A stretch of 64,000 nucleotides of DNA from Selaginella moellendorffii (lineage: Eukaryota; Plantae; Lycopodiophyta), in contig NW_003314267.1 of NCBI RefSeq assembly GCF_000143415.4, positions 296,908 through 360,907 on the forward strand. The letters run 5' to 3'. A program made the position numbers and the translations under genes. Below the pieces are notes generated by a model, which had not been told where the DNA came from, made no database searches, and saw only the letters and a list, made by a program, of their open reading frames with translations. This document shows, piece after piece, positions 27,430 to 36,582 of this stretch (its first letter is position 1; every line of letters begins with the position of its first letter).

Positions 27430-29079
27430 TCACTGCTGCTCGTTTTCTGATCCGTCCGAGCTTTTGTTCTTGCAGGTCCAAGCGGAAGCAGCAATCAGTG
27501 GTCTCGATTTCCAGGAAAGAAGCAACTTTTCAATCTCCTCGTCGCTGTGATGCTCCTTGAGCTGGTACCCGTCCTTGAACAGTCCCAGCAGCAGCCTGGC
27601 TTGGCAAATGTTTCTCCTGCTCAGTGAAACTCGGTGGAATCCGGCCGAGTGCAAGAGGCTCGACCACTCGACTTTGGAGTGCGCGTGGTGGTGAGCGATG
27701 AGGGCCGTCTTGATCCTGGTGGCCAGGAACGCGCGCTCGACGAGTATGTGAGCCGTGGTCTCGCACAAGCTCGCCTCCAGCGAGTCGAGCATGGCGGAGT
27801 AGTGATGGAGTGCCTGGAAGAACTTGTCCACGGTATTTGGAGCGCTCAAGCAGCTCACCACCTCCTCCTCGACGAAGGTCACCAGCCTCGGTGAGAACTT
27901 TTGCACGGACTTGAGAAACGAGAGCACTGACGACGGCGATTTGTGCGGTACGTGCAGGAGGTGGAGCATGCAGTTGACAATGAGCGTCTCCCCCTTGATC
28001 AACTTCAGGCCAACCAGCTTGGAATCCTCATCGTCCTCGACTTTGGCCTGGTGGAAGGAGAACGGGATCTTGAAAGCAGCAGCGCACTCCATGAGACGCT
28101 CCTTGGTCTCCTGGAAGTTGGCGAGCTGGTGCCTGGAGTGAGGGCGATATACAGCGGTGATCCGGAGATGCGGAGTGCCTCCTTCGCGAAGAGCCAGAGC
28201 TTGCATAAGAGATGGCCACTGGATCCCGAGAGTTACATCGTAGTCGAGGATGTGAACTCTCTTATCGTCGCCAATTGCCTCGAGGATGGCCTGGTTCGCG
28301 ACGTAGTGGCCGAACTTGATATAGGGGGATGCTTCATGGAGAGCCTGGAAAGCCGTGATCGAATCGAGATAGCTCATAGAACAAGAGCTCGCAACTTTGG
28401 TGATCCTGGCACCGTCGAGGAGTGACTGGAGAGCCTCGGTGAAGTACAGAGCTAGTCTCTGGAAGACCGGACCGCTGGAAGAACATGAGGAGGTGAGCTC
28501 CCGGAGGCGGAAAAGTATGACTTTGGCGAGATCCAGAGCCTGGGAAAACATGGCCTCGGCTCCGGCGAGAAGAAGATGGAATAGACGGCATCCGAAAAAC
28601 TCCTGGTGCTGGAGATCGAGCTCGGGGTCTCCAGGGAGCTGGAAGTCATCGAAATTCATTGGAGAGAAATCCAGGCAGGCTTCCGTTTCCAGGCTTTGGT
28701 GGAGGAATTCGCACAGGGCATCGTCGTCCTCGTCCTCGTCGTCGTTATCATCCTCAGCTCCTCCAACTTCGTCCTTTCTCTCAGAGACCTTCTCAAGAAC
28801 AGAATGTGGACTGCTCGGTTGGAGTCTTTTGCGAACCTTCGAGGCCGGCGGCTGCTCTTGCTCGTCTCCCCCTTCGAGCAGCGAGTCCAGGAGGGCGGAA
28901 GTAATACCTTGCTCCTCGAGCTCCGGCCACACTGGAAGTAAGTCCAAGTCCCCTCCTTGAATCACATCGATATCACAGACTTTGGTGGCGCAGGGATCGA
29001 TCGAGCAAGCCTGATACCAGTAGAGATTTTCCTCCACTTGCTGCTCCAGAGCCATGTCGACATCAAGATCACTCGCCAT
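27430..29079 (-). CDS. NSP2: GRAS transcription factor, NSP2-like, intronless
   Basis: LFHLLLAGAEA, RLALYFTEALQSLL, SPYIKFGHYVANQAILEA, RVHILDYD..GIQWPSLMQAL, PHLRITA, NCMLHL, ALHHYSAMLDSLEA, SAW. These motif variants match the NSP2 subfamily. Confidence 0.85.
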   Translation of the reverse strand: MASDLDVDMALEQQVEENLYWYQACSIDPCATKVCDIDVIQGGDLDLLPVWPELEEQGITSALLDSLLEGGDEQEQPPASKVRKRLQPSSPHSVLEKVSERKDEVGGAEDDNDDEDEDDDALCEFLHQSLETEACLDFSPMNFDDFQLPGDPELDLQHQEFFGCRLFHLLLAGAEAMFSQALDLAKVILFRLRELTSSCSSSGPVFQRLALYFTEALQSLLDGARITKVASSCSMSYLDSITAFQALHEASPYIKFGHYVANQAILEAIGDDKRVHILDYDVTLGIQWPSLMQALALREGGTPHLRITAVYRPHSRHQLANFQETKERLMECAAAFKIPFSFHQAKVEDDEDSKLVGLKLIKGETLIVNCMLHLLHVPHKSPSSVLSFLKSVQKFSPRLVTFVEEEVVSCLSAPNTVDKFFQALHHYSAMLDSLEASLCETTAHILVERAFLATRIKTALIAHHHAHSKVEWSSLLHSAGFHRVSLSRRNICQARLLLGLFKDGYQLKEHHSDEEIEKLLLSWKSRPLIAASAWTCKNKSSDGSENEQQ

Positions 29080-29986
29080 CACGCAGGAAAGGTAAGAGCT
29101 TTTTTCTTTCTTGGAAGAGGAAGGACAACTTTTCAAGTTGGGGAAAGCACGCTCCTCCGGACTAAACTTCCGTTTTTCTATAGGTGCGTGGATCTCTTAC
29201 AGGAGCGCGGACCCCTAGATGGGAGCATATTTCTCCATCTTCCTGGTATATGCACCGCAATGCGCTCTCCAAAGGTCCCACTTTTCTCTTTGATATGTCT
29301 CGACTTAGATGCTCTGTCTTCATGGTTGTTCCTGGGCCAACAATGGAATACTAAACGTTGCTTTGTTGGTGCCAGTGGAAGCAAATGGAATGCGAGGAAG
29401 GAGATCTGTTAGCCTCTCCCGGCGAAGTTGTCGTGGAAGCTGCGATTGGCGAGCGAGGTACTTCGTTGTCGATCGATCAGCTGTGAACAAAAGCTCGCGT
29501 TTTTAAATTCGCAGGAAGGGCGGGCGAGCGAGCGAGCGAGCGAGCGAGAGGTGTCAGCACAGGAACACGACTCGATCGAAGAAAAGAGGTGAAGTTTTGA
29601 CATTTCCTTTTGGTACGAAAGGGACTCGAAGAACAGTTTTTTTTTTTTTCTTGTTTCTATTCCGTGATGTTAGCGAGTGTGATATTTGTGTGACCAGTGC
29701 TCTGGGATTTCTGGGGATGCGCATCCGCTCCGGTCAAGAAGCCGGGCATTTAGAGCTTCTAATGAAAAATTTGGTGGGGACATGATGCGGTTCACAATGC
29801 GGGCGCGATTCTTTTGATTTTGTTCTGTGCTTTGTTGTTTAATGTGCGGAGAAGATGCCCTTCGCTCGTGAAAGTGCCAAAAACTAGATCCCGCGAAGTA
29901 AAATTTAAATGAGGCATATTCTCCTGTGCCCTAAATTTGAAATGATTCGGCGAATATGCCCCAAAACTCTAGTTTATCGTCCAGCG

Positions 29987-31675
29987 ATGGCGGCTCGGGA
30001 GATGATTCTCTCGGCAGCTGTGTGCCTCTGCTCGATTGCGGCGGTGAGACTGATGGATCTCTACTGGGATTCTCCGTCCCCCGGGCCGCATTGGATGGAG
30101 CGGGAATCCGGGCCGGCATTGCGAGCTTCTTGCTCGGGGCATGGTAGGGTTTTCAACGACGGCAGCGATCTGGCGTGCGAGTGTAGCGACTGCTACACTG
30201 GCGTGAATTGCTCTGAGCTCCAGCATGGCTGCATGGTCGATGCCGACGCGTAAGATCCTCAAGCTCTAGATTTCTATTGCTTTTGTGCCTGGAGATTTTA
30301 TCCTCTTCTTGCTAGAGCACGAAGCTTCTCTTTCTTTCGATAGAAAGGTCAATCCTAACCTTCTTCCTACTTGCTTGCAGTGGCGATCCAACTTTCCTGG
30401 AGCCCTTCTGGATGGAGCACGGAGCTGATGCCGGCGTGTTCATGCCCAGCTGGTATAGAATGGGCTACAGCGTAAAGAAGAAGGGATCCTCGCCCGCGCA
30501 CAAAGAACTTCCGCTTGTGTACGTGATAAAAGAGCTCGAAGACAGCATTAGGGAGCTCCATGAACTGGTCGGGAATGCCGTCGTCAAGGACAAGTATTTG
30601 GTTCTCGGAACTGGTTCCATGCAGCTCGTTGCCGCCGCTCTCAATGCCCTCTCCGATTCGTTTCCGGAGAAGCCTGGCGCTGTTGTCACTAGAGCACCCT
30701 ACTACATGGTAAGCTTCTCGGTCTTTCCTTCTCTTGGTTCTTAAGCTTTTGCTTGGCTACCATAGATTTACAAGTTACAAGTCGACGTGCTTTCTTCTTC
30801 CAAGTTCCAATGGGGTGGTGATGCTGTGGCGGCTTTTGAGAAGAAAGCATTCGATCCTTCTTCAGTGGTGGAGCTTCTGGCTGCTCCTAATAATCCCGAC
30901 ACTTCGATTCTAGAGCCTGTCTACAAAGGAACGAACGCGAAGATTATCCACGACAAGGCGTACTACTGGCCGCACTACACTGCCATCGCTGGAGCTCTGG
31001 ACGAGGATGTGATGCTCTTCTCGCTGTCGAAAACCACCGGCCATGCGGGCTCCAGAATCGGGTAAGCAAACTCTTTCTATAATATGTGATCCAACTCTGA
31101 CTCTGAGAACCAACTTAAACAGATGGGCGCTGGTGAGAGACATTGAGGTCTACAAGAAGATGTTCATGTACATTGCGGTGTCAACCATTGGAGTTTCTCG
31201 CGAGTCACAGTTGCGAGCCCACCGGCTGATCAAATCAGTGCTGGATGGATATCAAAATGGTGGAAGCCACAAAGCGCGGATGTTTGACTTCGGCTACCAC
31301 ACACTTCAGTCACGCTGGCAGACACTAGCGGAGATATTCAAAGCCTCAACCAGGTTCTCTATTCAGAAAGTCGACTCTCAGCATTGTTCCTTCTTCAAGA
31401 AAGAAGTGTCTCCTTCTCCAGGTATGCCACAAAGTATGACACCTGTTTACATTCTTACGCGTGAGCTCTTTGCAGCTTATGCTTGGATCCGCTGCGAGCA
31501 AGAGGAAGACTGTCACTCGATTTTCGCAGCAGCAGGAATAAATGGCCGTCCAGGACGAGCATTTGGAGCCAGCAATCGCTACATACGGCTGTGCATGATA
31601 AAACGAGACGACGAGTTCGAGCTACTTGCTGGTAAGCTCCAGGCTCTCGTGGACACAGAGCTAACGAACGAGTAA
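29987..31675 (+). CDS. Alliinase/tryptophan aminotransferase-related protein (TAR3/4-type, N-terminal EGF-like domain); exons 29987-30249, 30381-30708, 30766-31061, 31123-31421, 31476-31675
   Basis: CSGHG..CEC..CYTG.NCS EGF-like motif, GDPTFLEPFW, LHELVGNA, PNNPD, DKAYYWPHYT, PLP lysine motif FSLSKTTGHAGSRIG. Confidence 0.9.
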
Positions 31676-31773
31676 ACAATCGTTTATTCGACGAGTTCGA
31701 GCTACTACTCCGCAGGTAAGCTCCAAGCTCCTGTGGACACGCAGGTAACAAACGCGTAAACAATCGTTTATTC
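31610..31773. repeat. Two-copy tandem duplication (80 and 84 bp) spanning the TAR-like stop codon
   Basis: GACGAGTTCGAGCTACT...GTAAACAATCGTTTATTC at 31610-31689 and 31690-31773. Confidence 0.9.
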
Positions 31774-31823
31774 AATCAATCTGTGTGTGAGCACTGTGAA
31801 GAACAAAAAGGTTGCTTTTGTTT

Positions 31824-33230
31824 TCAAGCGGCTGCCACAGCAACCGCCTCCTCCTCCAGCTTCTGTGGAAGAGCCTCGTCAACTTTCGGGAATTCACTCT
31901 CAGGCATCTCGTCCTTCGTTGCTTCTCCCGTTGCATCCGACTTCTCCCTCGCAGCCTTCGCCGAGGCCTGGAGCTTGACGAAATCACCCTTCTTGGTCTT
32001 GAGCGTTTCCACCACCTTGTTCGCCTCCCCGACCGTGGAGGGAGGCGATATGCCGAGCTTCGCGAAGGAGGCGAGCGCGTCCAGAGACAGGCAAAGCTTC
32101 TCCTTCGGAGGTACCGCGCCCTTTCCTTTCTTGCCTCTAGCACTGGGCTCTTTCGATTTCCCGGCAAACCAGCCCTCATCCTCGCTCCGGTTCTTCTTGC
32201 TCTGCAGCATCGTCCCGAATCCCTCCACGCTGGCCACCGCCTCCCTCGACGCTGGCGTCTCGGGCAACTTATCCTCCGCCACCTCCACCGGCGTCACCGG
32301 CGTGAGCTTCAGGAGGTACGCTCCCAGCTGCTCGCACAGGATGATCTCGTCGGTATACTTCTCCACAAAGTTCTCCTCCGCGATCCTCTTCCTCATCTTC
32401 TCCCGCTCCAGCCACTCGGCCCGCCTCCTCTCCTCGTTCTGCCTCGCCGCCACCGCCCGCCTCTCCCTCGCCACCTTCTCCCTCGCGAAGAACTCCGACC
32501 ACCGCGCGTTGATCCCCTCCCGCAGGCTCTTGATCCTCTCGTACGCGCTGTTCCTCTCCGCCGCCAGCGCCGAGGTGTCCAGCGCCTTGGCGGCCTCGCT
32601 CTCCCGGATCTTGTCCATGGTCTTCTTGAGCTCGTTGATCTCCGCCTTGAGGCTCGTCAGGAGCTTGTCCTTCTCCCTGGCTCGCTCCAGCGCCGCGCCC
32701 CGGAGCTCCTGCTCTTGGGCGATCTGCTCCATCCTCTGGTTGTACTCCACCACCATCTCCCGCGACCGCCGGAGCTCCTTGAGCTGCGCCATCGCGCCCC
32801 TCTCCTCCTTGATCGCCAGAGACGTGTGCTGGATCCGGTACTCGAGCCGCTGGATCTCGGCGTCGATGAGCTCCAGCTTGGCGGCGGAGGGCAACTTCTC
32901 TCGCAGCGCGCGCGCCTCGGCGCGGCCCTGCTCGCGGATCTTGTCCGCCGCCTCCAGCTCCGCCTTGATCCGCCGCTTCTCCTCGAGGTTGTCCGCGAAG
33001 GAGGCGTTCATCACGGCCAGCTTGTTCCGGGCCTCGACGAGCTCCGGCGACTGCGCGTACCTGGTGCCCTTGGACGACTCCAGCTGCGCCTTGATCTCCA
33101 CAATCCGGCCCTGGAGCGCCTTGATCTCCTCCTCCGCCGCCGCCGCCGCCGCCTCCACGGCCTTGCGATCCGCTCGATCCGGGCGGCTGGCCTGCGCCGC
33201 CGATGCCGCCGCCTCCACCATCGCTACCAT
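31824..33230 (-). CDS. Coiled-coil protein of the Bfr1/proton-pump-interactor type, with a Bfr1-like C-terminus (468 aa, intronless)
   Basis: Long E/K/R/A coiled coil; IDAEIQRLEYRIQHTSLAIKEERGAMAQLKELRRSR (shared by PPI and Bfr1); YTDEIILCEQLGAYL, KKGK and FAKLGISPPST..VVETLKTKK resemble the fungal Bfr1 C-terminus; strong GC3 codon bias. Confidence 0.7.
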   Translation of the reverse strand: MVAMVEAAASAAQASRPDRADRKAVEAAAAAAEEEIKALQGRIVEIKAQLESSKGTRYAQSPELVEARNKLAVMNASFADNLEEKRRIKAELEAADKIREQGRAEARALREKLPSAAKLELIDAEIQRLEYRIQHTSLAIKEERGAMAQLKELRRSREMVVEYNQRMEQIAQEQELRGAALERAREKDKLLTSLKAEINELKKTMDKIRESEAAKALDTSALAAERNSAYERIKSLREGINARWSEFFAREKVARERRAVAARQNEERRRAEWLEREKMRKRIAEENFVEKYTDEIILCEQLGAYLLKLTPVTPVEVAEDKLPETPASREAVASVEGFGTMLQSKKNRSEDEGWFAGKSKEPSARGKKGKGAVPPKEKLCLSLDALASFAKLGISPPSTVGEANKVVETLKTKKGDFVKLQASAKAAREKSDATGEATKDEMPESEFPKVDEALPQKLEEEAVAVAAA

Positions 33231-33340
33231 GATCTGCGCTTACAATCAAGAACCCTAGCCTCGCTTCTAACTGATTCTTTAACCTTTTGTAGAGGCTAGC
33301 TTTTGCATTTTACCTTTACCATGCCAGTTAGCCATTGTGT

Positions 33341-33394
33341 GACACGTGGACGGTGTTTATTGGCCATTGGCCAACTACTGTGTCTGACGTGGCA
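33341..33394. promoter_or_regulatory. ER-stress elements: ERSE-I (CCAAT-N9-CCACG, minus strand 33363-33345, overlapping a G-box) and UPRE TGACGTGG (33385-33392) in a ~200-bp divergent intergenic region
   Basis: Minus strand reads CCAAT-AAACACCGT-CCACG; plus strand has TGACGTGGCA. Both are exact consensus matches; function is inferred. Confidence 0.65.
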
Positions 33395-33437
33395 TATTTC
33401 GAGGAACCCTAATCGCTGTGGTTGCCACGACTCCTCA

Positions 33438-34220
33438 ATGTTTCTCGATCGCGAGGGCAGCATCGAAGAGCCCACGTCTCGATCTCGATCACCTGCGGTT
33501 ACCAGATCAGTTATGCCACCGCCCACAACGGCCCAAATCGACGCCTACCTCAAGGAGGACGCCAGCGTCACCAGCGAAGGCTCGGGAGCTAACCCGGTGT
33601 TCCAGGCCATCCACGCCGCGCGCCTCTTCCCTCTCACGTACCGATCGGTGTCTGAGGCCAGGATCCCACTCCCCACCTGGAGCCGTTACCGCCAGGACGC
33701 GCCCAATCCAATCCGGACAGTCGAGTGGAGGAACATCATCATCACCGCCAGGATCACGCTCTGCGAGGATGCCTACTCCCTCCTCACGGACGTCTCCAAC
33801 GTTCTCAAGGAGGAGGCCGAGGATGTGGAGGATTTCTACGGCAAGGGGAGCTTGCTCATGGAGAAGCTCGTTGGATTTCGCGGGAAGAACATGGGCAGCA
33901 CCAAGAACAAGCAGCTCATCACGTACGTGGAGAACCAGCCGGGCACTGGGAGGGGATGTGGGACGGTGTTCTATCCATTTCTCGAGTTTGACAGGGAGTG
34001 TGACTACCAAGCGGCCGTGATCTTCATCACCAACCGGATCAGGCGCGATGCGCTGGGAGGGAAGGCCGTGTTTGAGCTAGAGGAGCTCGATACGTGCCTT
34101 GTTCGCGATCGAGTCATGGCGTTTCTGGCAAGCAGGGGGATTGAGCAGCCGCCGTCACCAGTGGAGGAAGCGCCGCCGGAGGAGGAGCCTCCGCCACCAC
34201 CTGCAAAGAAGAGAAAGTAG
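33438..34220 (+). CDS. Unknown protein (235-260 aa; ATG at 33438 or 33513) ending in a Pro-rich linker and NLS-like PAKKRK
   Basis: Uninterrupted ORF with coding-like GC3 and globular composition. A decayed paralog lies at 53.6-54.2 kb. No domain recognised. Confidence 0.7.
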   Translation: MFLDREGSIEEPTSRSRSPAVTRSVMPPPTTAQIDAYLKEDASVTSEGSGANPVFQAIHAARLFPLTYRSVSEARIPLPTWSRYRQDAPNPIRTVEWRNIIITARITLCEDAYSLLTDVSNVLKEEAEDVEDFYGKGSLLMEKLVGFRGKNMGSTKNKQLITYVENQPGTGRGCGTVFYPFLEFDRECDYQAAVIFITNRIRRDALGGKAVFELEELDTCLVRDRVMAFLASRGIEQPPSPVEEAPPEEEPPPPPAKKRK

Positions 34221-35564
34221 TGGCAGCGATCGTGAGTGGGCGATGTTTTGCGAGGAGATCTTGTACTGCAAACATGCCAGCGCTACGATCTCGTCTAGAT
34301 CATGCTGTAGAGTTTGCAAGCCCGTGAGCTCTAAAACATCCACTTCTCGAGTGTTAAATGTTTCTGAGATCCAACGGCGCGTCCGCTTCATCCAGCTAGC
34401 AAGATCATCTTCAATCCAAACTCTCCAACTTCCGGAAGTTTTCGATCCAGCTAGTCCTCCCCGATACATTCTCTCCTTTCTACTATCACATCTGGATATC
34501 TCCGGATAATGGCGATGGAATGATAAGGAGAACAGCAGCTCTATAAACAAACACACAAGCTTAGAACTCGGGAGAACTTTGCCAGATGAAACTCTTAAAG
34601 AAGGATGGCACTAAATCACAAGCCTGGATTGATGCATGCTAGAGATAGAAGCCTGCTGAGATGAGGTCGATATGGCTCAGAGAGTTGAATACTGAGACGA
34701 ACTTAAGCAGTGATAGCCGGTTCAAGAAAGTGGCCACCAGTTTGACTAGAGCATCGTTCTCGTGTCAATGTAAACAGATTCCCAAAAAGTATCCACTTCC
34801 CAATGGATCACAGATTTCTTGGCTCTGGATCAAGCACCTTTACAAGATCACTTCGTGACGACAATTGATCGAGAAAGGCGATTTCTCGGCATCAGATTTG
34901 AAGGTAACTTCAAATACCTTGGACACCAGATGATCCTCGGCCACCTTTATCCGATCGAGCTCTCCAATAAAAATCCAAAGCACTAGCTCCCCCATACTTT
35001 CTGATGGTTTTACTCCAGCTCCCGCAAGTATCGATACCCTTGCTCATGCGGGACTCTTCTCTGGAGAGGAAAAGCAGTTAGAGAGAGATCAACATGCAAA
35101 AGAAAGAGATAGAGAATGGTTACCCTTTTGTTTCATTGGGACAGCATTCTCCTCCACCGGCAACTCGACATCTCCAAGCTTCCCAGGAAAGCTTGACGAT
35201 GGACTACCCTAGTTTGGGAGATACCACTAGATCTCTCATAATTGTTCACTTATTCTCTCTTTTGTGTTTCTTTTGGTGTTATCTAGAGAACGTCCAAATA
35301 GTCTTATTCGAGTTATTATAATTGTAGTCTTATTCGAGTTATTATAATTGTTACTCTAATATACTTTTCTTTAGAGCTTGATTATCCATATCATTTTTTT
35401 TAGTGTTTTGGCTTTATATTAGATCTTGAAGTTAGTGCAATATGAATATCCAAAGATATGGTCTTTGTGATTGAGTATTGGGTATTCAATTGCATTTTGC
35501 AGATGTTAGATAGATAGGTATAATATTTGATATTTAAGCATGTTGTTGGGTCATGAGAACCTAT

Positions 35565-36582
35565 TGTGAGACACAAAATCCCTAGGCCCCAAAGTGGAGC
35601 TAAAAGGGTGCCACGTGGTAGTGGCCGAAGCAAAAGCCAAACGAGCGTAACACATTTGGACTAAAAGGCTCCAACTTGAAAGGTCGAGAGTGGGAGTGGA
35701 ACTCCCAATGGAGTGCTCAAGGAATGAACATGAAACGAGCTATAAGCGAGGCTCCAAAAAGGGACCCAAAAGGACCAACACATCACACGTGAAAGTGTCC
35801 GAGATGGACCCGAGTTGGAGTCTGAGATGGAGTCCGAGGTGGACCCGAGATGGAGTCCGAGATGGACCCCAGTTGGAGTCCGAGGTGGAGTCCGAGATGG
35901 ACCGAGATAGAGTCCAAGATGAAGTTCGAGAAGGACCCGAGATGGAGTCCAAGAAGGACCCAAGATGGAGTCCAAGATGGAGTCCGAGATGGAGTCCGAG
36001 ATGGACCCGAGATGGAGTCCGAGATGAACCGAGACGGAGTCCGAGATGGAGTCCAAGATGGACCTGAGATGGAATCCGAGATGGAGTCCGAGAAGGACCC
36101 GAGATGGAGTCTGAGGTCAAGACCGAGACCAGGATTGAGACCGAGACCAGGACCGAGCCCGAGCCCGAGGCCGAGCCCGAGGCCTAGGCCGAGCCCGAGG
36201 CCTAGGCCGAGCCCGAGACCGGGGCCGAGCCCGTTTACCGAGCCCGAGCCCGAGCCCGGGCCGAGCCCGTTTACCGAGCCCGAGCCCGAGACCGGGGCCG
36301 AGCCCGTTTACCGAGCCCGAGCCCGAGCCCGGGCCGAGCCCAAGACCGGGGCCGAGCCCGTTTACCGAGCCCGAGCCCGAGCCCGAGCCGGAGGCCGAGC
36401 CCGAGGCCGAGGCCGAGCCCGAGCCCGAGCCCGTTTACCGAGCCCGAGCCCGTGCTCGAGCGGGTGAAAGCCCAAAGCATTCATCTCCTAGACCCTGGGG
36501 GATTTGGTGACCTTCAAAAGTATAGTAAGGGGGAGGACTGTAGTGGAGCTAGTTTCGCTAGGAAAGGCCAGTTTGGCCTAGG
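35565..36582 (+). mobile_element. 3'-truncated LTR of family B, joined to LTR A of the opposite orientation
   Basis: Starts TGTGAGACACAAAATC and is colinear with 45930-46840. Contains a GAGATGGAGTCC/GAGCCC array at ~35797-36460. Confidence 0.85.

Noticed and set aside
12423-31675. Biosynthetic gene cluster (transporter, dioxygenase, aminotransferase)
   Set aside because: The enzymes are interspersed with unrelated housekeeping and signalling genes and there is no scaffold-forming enzyme; only the tight NPF-dioxygenase pair is kept as a finding.
31783-33299. Long antisense and alternative-frame ORFs over the Bfr1-like, LRR-RLK, GRAS, SPF45 and C2 genes
   Set aside because: Shadow ORFs caused by high GC3 codon usage in the real genes.
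35661-36480. Long RS/SP/ES/LG dipeptide ORFs (also at 4.7-5.0, 37.2-37.8, 42.9-43.4 and 45.9-48.0 kb) resembling SR proteins or extensins
   Set aside because: They arise because the LTR hexamer arrays lack stop codons in most frames. They are open on both strands and have no domain.
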